A DNA stretch of 64,000 nt from Octopus vulgaris. Lineage: Eukaryota. Position numbers and translations under genes: made by a program. Shown here in pieces: positions 55,811-64,000 of this stretch (positions within the stretch are counted from its first letter, which is position 1; every line of letters starts with the position of its first letter). The stretch covers positions 8,680,001-8,744,000 of the forward strand of contig OX597831.1 of NCBI GenBank assembly GCA_951406725.2, in the 5' to 3' direction. A model generated the notes under the pieces. The model was not told where the DNA came from, did no database searches, and saw only the letters and a program-made list of their open reading frames with translations.

Positions 55811-55899
55811 AATAATAAAAATAATAGTTAAGTAAATAATCAAATAGAATTAAACAATATTTCTTAAAGAAATGAAATTATGATTGTTCTTATAGAAGA

Positions 55900-56420
55900 A
55901 ACTCAGAAGCTGTAGAATCCTTGATACCTTTCAGTGACCGGTCCAGTACCTCAAGGGCACCTTTATTAGTCATTGTGCATTCGTCCCATACAGTGAGACA
56001 ACACTGTCTAAGAACTTCAGCTTCCTCTGAACTTTTGCCAATGTTGCAAGTAGGAAACTCGTCCCTCACCTAATCTAAAGGCAGCTTGAATGCCGAGTGC
56101 GTCGTCCTACCTCCCGGCGATAACGTAGCAGCGATTCCCGAGGAAGCAACGGCTAGCGCAATTTGTTTCTCGCGACGAATCTTAGCAAGTATTAATTGTG
56201 TTACAAAGGATTTGCCGGTACCTCCAGGAGATTCGAGCAAAAAATTACCGCCTGCCTGTTTTTCAACGGCACTGACGAGTTGATCAGCTTCTGATCAGGG
56301 AGTATTTTCGGTTCATTTACTCTCAGGTACTCCGCAAGGCCATCAGCATCATGCGACAACTCTAGAAGTTGTCGTATGATGTGCCACAGACATTCATCTC
56401 CTTAAACTATTTTCGGATAG
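55900..56420 (-). pseudogene. Helitron RepHel PIF1-family helicase fragment
   Basis: Minus translation GGNFLLESPGGTGKSFVTQLILAKIRREKQIALAVASSGIAATLSPGGRTTHSAFKLPLD*...VWDECTMTNKGALEVLDRSLK contains Walker A, motif Ia/Ib and Walker B of PIF1. It is not in the ORF track. Confidence 0.9.
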
Positions 56421-57161
56421 AAGAAGCGTGAGACACGGGTGCTTTAAGGCCGGACCTCTGAAGTGCAAGTACAGTTCAACCGGCAAGCGTCTACACAGTT
56501 ACTATCTCCTCAGTTTCATTCGCAAGTCTTCGAATGACCCGAAGTTATGGCACACAGTATATGACCAAGATGTCACGTGACTGCGAAACGAACTTCTCAA
56601 ACATCCGGCCATTTTCACGGCGCTAACAAATAACACGTTAAAGAAACACCTCAGCTAATGAAAAAGAAAGATACAAGAACAAAAAACAAAAACAATCAAT
56701 TAAAATGATCATGATTAATAGAATGGCGGTTTAGTGACAATGTAATACATGGCAGCGATGAAGTATTTAAACAATTGAAGCCAAAATCGAATCAACATCC
56801 GACTTACTTATTATCATGCTTTAAGTGTGATCATTCTTAAGGTATTGCCAAACAAATTCACTGTTATTGAGTATAGACAACTTGTCACAAACGACAAAAT
56901 CGTAATTTGAAAATAAACTATCAAAACAAAAGCGGAACTTTTGTGTTATGAAATGTATTGAAGTAATTCTGATATTATATAAAGAATTGATTTCCTTTAC
57001 AAATCAAAATGTCTGGCGAGGAATTGGTTAGAATTCATAGGGGAGAAAATAATTTAGAAGAGAAAGAGAAGAGTACGAAAAAGATATATAGGTAGACAGA
57101 AAGAAAGAGAAGAGATAGATTCGGTAAATAGATAGATAGATAGACATAGACAAATGGACTG

Positions 57162-57196
<35 letters not shown>

Positions 57197-57439
57197 GATA
57201 GAAAGATAGAGCTGGTAAATAGATAGAGGGAAAGAGAGAGAGAGAGATAGAGCAGAGGAAAAGCGGAGAGATGTGCAGATAGATGTATAAATCCTTAAAA
57301 TCCTTAAAAATGTTTTAGCCCGAAGGCCGCGGCCATACTGGGGCACCACCGCTGAATGAGCTACACTAATATGTGAATCCACCTCTGATATATAGGCAAA
57401 TAAAAAAAACAAAAAAAAAAAAGTCAGTTGGATTTATTT

Positions 57440-58020
57440 TTGATTTGCTCTCGGATTTTCTATGTCCTTCCGACGATGATTTGGAGTATTGCACTGAGTA
57501 TATTACATTCAGAGAGCCAAATGATTCCTTCCATGGCATGAATATAAACAATATAAGATATGCTGTAGATACAGCGTTATTGGCAGACAGCATTGAGAAA
57601 TTACAAGAAATGCTGGATTCAAAAGAGCAAAGTGTCAAGAAAGGCCAAAACATGAATGTAAAAACGATCAAGACAATGGTTATTAGTTCGATGGAACAAA
57701 AGAGGGAGCAGATAATGGTAGATGGACAGAAGCTTGAACAAATAAAAAAAAAAATTCAAGGATTTAGGATAGGAACATCACTATGAAGAAGTTACTCAAA
57801 GAATTTACAAGACTAATATAACATTCACCTAACCCTGATATAAACCTGCTCCTCAAATTGAGGTTAGTAAAGTGTTGTAATTATGCCAGTTATTCGCTAT
57901 GGGGCAAACACCTGGATAATGTACATAGATATGAAGAAGAGGATAGAAGACTTTGAGGTGTGGATTTTTCACAGATTGAGTCGGATAAAATGGAAGGACA
58001 GGATAGTAAATGCTGCAGCG
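57440..58020 (+). pseudogene. RTE-clade LINE reverse transcriptase fragment
   Basis: GMNINNIRYAVDTALLADSIEKLQEML (YADD motif decayed)...KTMVIS...VIRYGANTW...RIEDFEVWIFHRLSRIKWKDRIVN. Confidence 0.85.
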
Positions 58021-58147
58021 AGGCTGGGAAACTGTTATATTGTTACATATTGTGTTATATCCTGTGTGCATGTGTTTGTCGGATAGTTCTGGTGTAATCG
58101 GTTGGATATACATTCGAGTGTAGGAATATATGTGTTAGAGTCATCTT

Positions 58148-58187
<40 letters not shown>

Positions 58188-58204
58188 AGCAGGTCTGTGT
58201 ATTA

Positions 58205-58260
58205 AGGGCGGGTTTAGGGCACACGTTTATAGGTTTGAATGTGTGCCCTAAACCCGCCCT
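58205..58260. repeat. GC-rich perfect 20-bp inverted repeat with a 16-nt loop
   Basis: AGGGCGGGTTTAGGGCACAC / GTGTGCCCTAAACCCGCCCT. Confidence 0.9.
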
Positions 58261-58281
58261 GCAAAAATGTAGGGACAACCG

Positions 58282-58336
<55 letters not shown>

Positions 58337-59069
58337 GTGTCTGTGTATGCGCTTCAAATGAGAGAGAGAGTGAGAGACAAAGAGAGAGAGAGAGAGTGAG
58401 CGAGAGAGAGAGAGAGAGAAAGAGAGGGAAAAGCCGGTTCGCACATAGCTGTTCCTGTATTTAAACTCAAGTAGAAAATACTCTCATTACCATGGAATGT
58501 TGCTGTTGTTATACATTCGCCTTATCAATTACCCTTTCTTTAATTAGTCATTTCTGTTCACTATATCAATAATTAATTTCAGCTCTCTGCCATTCTATTT
58601 GACAACACACCTTCATCAGTTTCTATACCCAAACCTTTGTGTACCAACCGCCCACCCTCTACAACATAACCTCCCCCTTAAACCACGACAGTCACACTCC
58701 TCCACCATCTCTCCTCACACACAGACACTATTTCCATTTAATCAACAACCTATTTCTTCCCCTTCATTCACATAACCATCCGCCATTCCTTGCTTATATC
58801 AACACACCGAAAACTCACACCTTCCATTGTAATTATCGCTTACTTGTATTCAGGGAAAATTCCATTCCCTTTTCACACTTTGCGGCGGATTTCGCCGCGA
58901 ATATCTGTTCATTAGGCAAAAGCTCCAAACATACATCACAATTTGAAAAACCAAAGGATCATTCTGGCTATCTCTGAAATATGTGGAACTTTACAATTGC
59001 GGAAATAAATCTTACCGTGACCGCATATGAAATCCACTTCCTCATTAATGGAATTATATAAACCTAGAT

Positions 59070-59425
59070 AAACCCAGATATGTTTCGACCAAAGATTGGT
59101 CCAGGCCATGTCTAACTTAATAGCACCACCGGATAGGATTATTCGAATCCTGTTTAAGTCAAGTTTTGTTTAAGTCAAGTTTTATTCAAGTAGTGAGTTC
59201 TTGTTGGGTGAGTTGTATCCAATTATGGGTGGCTTATCTGGTATTCTTTGAAGGAATCTATCCAGACTCCGTTTAAAGTTGATGGGATCCTTTTCCTCTT
59301 TGATCTCCCTCGGGACAATGTTAAATAGGGCAGGGCCTGTTGAGGAAAAGAAATTAATTTGCAGTGTACATGTATGTTGTGATCTTGAATTGGGCAGGGG
59401 ACGTGTGGCCCGTGGTCCCAGTCTA
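59070..59425 (-). mobile_element. CR1/L2-group LINE 3' fragment
   Basis: RLGPRATRP...FFSSTGPALFNIVPREIKE...FKRSLDRFLQRIPDKP..NSLLE fits the post-RT C-terminus pattern. The 3' UTR has a GACCAA/TTGGTC stem-loop. Confidence 0.75.
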
Positions 59426-59459
59426 TACAAGACATTTTTACACTGGGTAGTTACCATAT

Positions 59460-60072
59460 CAGATGTCTCTAATTCTCCCTGTTGATTATCCCCAATGCCA
59501 TTTTTTAAATGTTACTCCACACTTTTATTGTGTTATTTACTAATATTCCAAATATCACTCCGAAACTTCTTCATTTCACTTGCATAAAGGATTACATCAT
59601 AATTCCTAATCATACCATTCATCTCTTGATAGAATCTCTTCTGATTTTGTTGGAAATGTTAGAATCTCATTATTATTATCGTTACTTTTCCACCCTCCTG
59701 CATAACTTTACTTGGTACATGCTCACACCAATTCTTTGTTACTTCATATTGGTATTTATGGAAGAGCCAATGAAGATACACACACACTTTGTCATGGCGG
59801 CGTTTGTATTCTTTTTGTGCAAGGCTCTCACATCCACTTACCAAGTGGGTCACGTTTTCCACATTATTTCCACAGAGTCTGCATTCCTGGGTGTCAGGAG
59901 TTTCATAGATATTATATTTCACTGAATTGGTAGCGAGAGCCTGGTCTTGTACAGCAATGATGAGGCTTTCGGTGGTACGCTTCAAATCACCTCACTCAAG
60001 CTATGCCCACGGTGCTGTATCATCCTTAACATCTTTTGTATTCCTTTCAAACTGTCCATGCATTCTCACTGA
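59460..60072 (-). pseudogene. Decayed Dong/R4-like zinc-knuckle/REase fragment
   Basis: RMHGQFER...LKRTTESLIIAVQDQALATN...CRLCGNNVENVTHLVSGCESLAQKEYKRRHDKV is collinear with the 8084-9892 protein. Confidence 0.85.
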
Positions 60073-60423
60073 AAAGAAAGCATGGTGGCAGAGGACTAAT
60101 TATCATCATTATTATTGAGTGAGAGAGCAGTGCATGCCATCAAAGTGACACTGGGGTAAAATATACGAATATGGTAGAAAATAAGTACAGTTGAGCCCTG
60201 GAGTCGATGTAAAATTGCTGGCCTTGTGCCAATAGTAGAAAAGATTATCCTCCTCCTCCTCCTCCTCCTTCTCCTCCTCCTCCTCCTCCTCCCTATAATA
60301 AGACAATGGTATATTTCTACCCTTCGTGTCACGGTTCAGGCAAGGGTTTTTTTATTCGAAAACAGCGACTTTTTAGTGTCTAAAAAAAAACGTGAAAAGC
60401 CGGAATAACTAACTAAAGGTATT

Positions 60424-60463
60424 TTAATGACAGTTTCGTGATTCGCGTGTCTCGTCAGCTCAA
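60424..60463 (-). ncRNA. Weak minimal hammerhead-like motif
   Basis: TTGAG-CTGACGA-gacacgcgaatcac-GAAAC-T-GTC-ATTAA. The core is intact, but stems I and II are poor. Confidence 0.35.
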
Positions 60464-60659
60464 GGAATAATTTACTTAAAGATTAATACAACAGTGTTTT
60501 TCGTCTCATCTTTCAGAAATTCTATTCAAATGAAGAAATATTTTTTTTACAAAAAGTTATATTCATCTGAAAGGAACTGTATTAATTCATTGAAATCAAA
60601 TATTTAGGGGGAAAAAATAGTATTTTGCTCACTAACAAATGCAGCACATATCTCAGATA

Positions 60660-60958
60660 TCTTTATATATAAACGTGAAGTTGTGTGAGTGTCTGTCTCC
60701 TACGATTTAGATTCCTAACTACTCCCACATTTTGCGGTGCAGTTTAACCAAAACCGGGTATCTTATAGTCGTGATTCATATCGAGCCCTTCTAGGTATTA
60801 GCGCGCGTCTACGATGAGTCTACGATTTTAAAAATAATTTACCATAATTTTTTTTCCATTTTTAATGCATTTTTTGCTGTTTTTTGGCTATAACTCTCTA
60901 AAAATGCTTTATAGTTATTTCCCTTACAAACCCGAGCAACGCCGGGCGATACTGCTAG
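60660..60958 (+). mobile_element. Complete non-autonomous Helitron (299 bp)
   Basis: A|TCTTTATATATAAA 5' end, subterminal GC hairpin CCCGAGCAACGCCGGG, and CTAG|T 3' end. Inserted between A and T with no TSD. Confidence 0.88.
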
Positions 60959-61009
60959 TAATAAGTAAAACTAACGACGAGAAAGTAAGACTTCTAAATT
61001 ATATCTTCT

Positions 61010-61160
61010 ATTTTTTCTCTTGCGCGTTTCAGTCATTAGCCTTCGGCCATGCTGGGGCACCGCCTTGAAGAATTTTTGGTCGAATGGATCGACCTCAGTA
61101 CTTACTTTCTTAAAGCCTGGTACTTTTCAGTCGGTCTCTTTTTGTCGAAGCGCTATAACC
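61010..61160 (-). mobile_element. SINE family 2, 3' fragment
   Basis: GTTTCAGTCATT..CGGCCATGCTGGGGCACCGCCTTGAAG is the reverse complement of the family 2 tail. Confidence 0.65.
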
Positions 61161-61590
61161 AAACCCGCTTCAGTGACAATTCATTCAGAGAAGTGTTGCT
61201 CCCGTTATGTTAGCTTTGCTGTCATTACTGGAGCCTGATGAAAGGACTGAGTTCGCCATATGGCTTATTGCTGATAAATATATCCACTCTACTCGGGGCA
61301 GCTTAAATGTAGGAGACTAGGCTAAAGGTAGGAGAGGAGATTTAAGGAAAAAAAAAAGAATATTAAAGCAGGAGGGGCGTTTTAAAGTAAAGGGGGAACA
61401 TAAAAGTGAAGAAGGGAGATTAAAAGTAGGAGGGTGTATTTTCAGGTCCGTATTTGTGTGTGTGTATGTGTGTGCACGAGTTTGTGTAAGAGTTTTGGAT
61501 TTGTAATGTCGGTCAAGAAAAGATAGAGGGCAGAATTGCAAGAGAAGTTATTTAAAAATTTATCTGACAGATATAGCCGTTTTGTAGTTA

Positions 61591-61649
<59 letters not shown>

Positions 61650-61651
61650 AT

Positions 61652-61682
<31 letters not shown>

Positions 61683-61836
61683 AAGAGACAGGAAAGAATA
61701 TAAAAGAAAAATGGAAAAAAAAAACGAAGCAAAAAAGATAATTGGGAAAGTTTCGAGCATTTTGCTTTGGGAATCAAATGGGGACGGAAACGTGTTTAAA
61801 GGAAGATTTATAAAATGCATGCATATATACACGCAA

Positions 61837-61927
<91 letters not shown>

Positions 61928-61937
61928 CTATCCATCC

Positions 61938-61974
<37 letters not shown>

Positions 61975-62027
61975 AATCGAAAACAGAGAGTTGCTTATTT
62001 GCAAAAAAAAAAAAAAGAAATATAAAA

Positions 62028-62334
62028 TGTGACATCATTGACCGAGGTTACCGTGGTCTTTTCCGTAGGCTTTTCTTTGCACGGGTAAACCTCACCTGTC
62101 CTCCCCTTTACACTTCATATTGACATTTCTGTGATAACGATCCCTATTGATCAATTTTTTTCCTCCCTCCCCCCCCCTTTTTTTAAACCCCCTTTTTTGT
62201 CCTCTTTCTCTCCTTTTATCCTTTTGATCGAAACTCCCCTTCCTTTTTTTTTTTTTTTTTAAACCTTCAAAAGAAAAGCTCTACCTTGTAATTTGTTCTA
62301 TCTGTGTGCAGCCCTGTGTGCTAATAAAGAAACA

Positions 62335-62335
<1 letters not shown>
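62028..62335 (+). mobile_element. Probable LINE 3' UTR between (ATCT)n arrays, sharing its end with SINE family 1 tail A
   Basis: Pyrimidine-rich UTR ending TTTGTTCTATCTGTGTGCAGCCCTGTGTGCTAATAAAGAAAC, similar to the SINE tail TTTGTCCCCTCTATGTTTAGCCCCTTGTGGGTAGTAAAGAAAC. Confidence 0.5.
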
Positions 62336-62414
<79 letters not shown>

Positions 62415-62440
62415 ATCCATCTATCTATCTATCTATCATC

Positions 62441-62482
<42 letters not shown>

Positions 62483-62514
62483 TTTCCTATACGAAATTGA
62501 TATATATATGCGGT

Positions 62515-62566
<52 letters not shown>

Positions 62567-63347
62567 CATATGCATACACCCGCTCACATATAAATAAATT
62601 GTTTTAAGCATATTTCACTCTTTTTAATTCCTAAAGCAAAGTACATAAAATCTATCTTTTTCCTTTTTCTCTGCCCCTCTTTTTATCTTTTGTCCTTTTA
62701 AACGATGACATATAAAACACTAACGCTACGAAATGTAAATTAAGCTACCAACTAGCTATATTTACTATTTATTATTTAAAAATAAATAAAAATTAATTTC
62801 TCTGGCATTTAGGGCATCTACATTTTGTTGGTCGACTTCAAGCGTTCAACACACTTACACACACCTATACACCCCTATACAAAAATTCACACATTCAAAT
62901 ACTCACATGATTAAATCTGCTTCCTCAACTATTTATCCTACTTTACACTTCTTCTCTCCTTGTCATTTCTGATATATCTCACATTTTCCCCTACGCATAT
63001 CTTTTAGGATGCATATAACAATCTGCTGGAGTTGTTAACCATTTACATTCTCACCATTCTACAAGTTAAAGCTTCCGTGTCATAAACAATATTGTGAAGG
63101 TGTAGATGTGGTGAAACTTATAAATGAATGTCACATTTTTTTTTTATAGTATAAAAAAAAATTATGTACTTAAAAAATTTGACTCTTGCCTTCCAAACCT
63201 GTAGGGCCGTAAATTTGAAATGTAGATGACTTGGTAGTATGTACCAATTTCTGGTAATTGTTTTAGCTGACTGTAGTGGCGAGTATACCTAGACACCGTA
63301 TCAGCCCTTTCACTCTTGACCCCGCGGAACAATCAACAGGTGACACG

Positions 63348-63400
<53 letters not shown>

Positions 63401-63721
63401 GTGGAGAGGCAGAAAGAGAAAGAGAGAAGGTGAGTGAGTGTGTGTGAGAGAGAAAGGAAGCTACATCAGCTCTTTGCCCTCTCTTGGCTTTCAACCTGGC
63501 TCCTTTTGATCTCGCCCACGCTGACGCACTTCTCACTTCCTCTCCAACACCACCGTTTTCACTGGTATCCGCAACCGCTCCTTCCATGTCACCTCTTCAC
63601 GTACACACATTCGGTAATCTAATTTTCAGCATTCTCTGTTCTCTTTGCTTTTCCCCGTACATAGGGAAGTTGAACAAAATACAATGCAGTATCAATCAAC
63701 TCAGAAACAGAGCCCTTTCAT

Positions 63722-63784
<63 letters not shown>

Positions 63785-63948
63785 CTCTTTCTTTCTGTTT
63801 TTCGTTTTCTTTTTTCTCTCTAACCTAGCCTTCAAAAACTTACCACGCACATGCACTCATACATACACACATATACATACATATACACTCATATATTCAA
63901 ATTGACAAAAAACATATATACATGTATATATTCGTCTAAGAAGCCACG

Positions 63949-63987
<39 letters not shown>

Positions 63988-64000
63988 ATAATAAAGGGTT

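Noticed and set aside
56086-56283. Plus-strand 65-aa ORF
   Set aside because: It is the antisense shadow of the Helitron helicase on the minus strand.
59070-59110. GACCAA/TTGGTC-GAAAC stem as a hammerhead
   Set aside because: No CUGANGA upstream; better explained as a LINE 3' UTR stem-loop.

Overview
This is very AT-rich, microsatellite-dense eukaryotic intergenic or intronic DNA. The repeat landscape looks like an octopus (cephalopod) genome, but that is an inference. No host protein-coding gene is supported, and almost all ORFs in the track are translations of simple repeats. The window is mostly mobile DNA: (1) a young, 5'-truncated Dong/R4-clade non-LTR retrotransposon with an uninterrupted RT-zinc knuckle-restriction endonuclease frame, inserted in (AAT)n together with several related fragments; (2) a full-length decayed mariner with perfect 27-bp TIRs and a TA TSD, plus a mariner MITE; (3) a Helitron PIF1 helicase fragment and a complete non-autonomous Helitron; (4) RTE, CR1-like and HERO-like LINE fragments; (5) three tRNA-derived SINE families; (6) many Penelope-like (PLE) remnants. 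The most notable signal is about ten minimal type I hammerhead-ribozyme motifs with palindromic stem III. One has an intact core and sits in a perfect 159-bp-arm palindrome, and another lies in a direct-repeat-bounded, retrozyme-like unit split by the mariner. There is also an unidentified ~1.3-kb decayed reading frame at 20.9-22.3 kb. Family names come from remembered motifs, not database searches, and boundaries of decayed elements are approximate.
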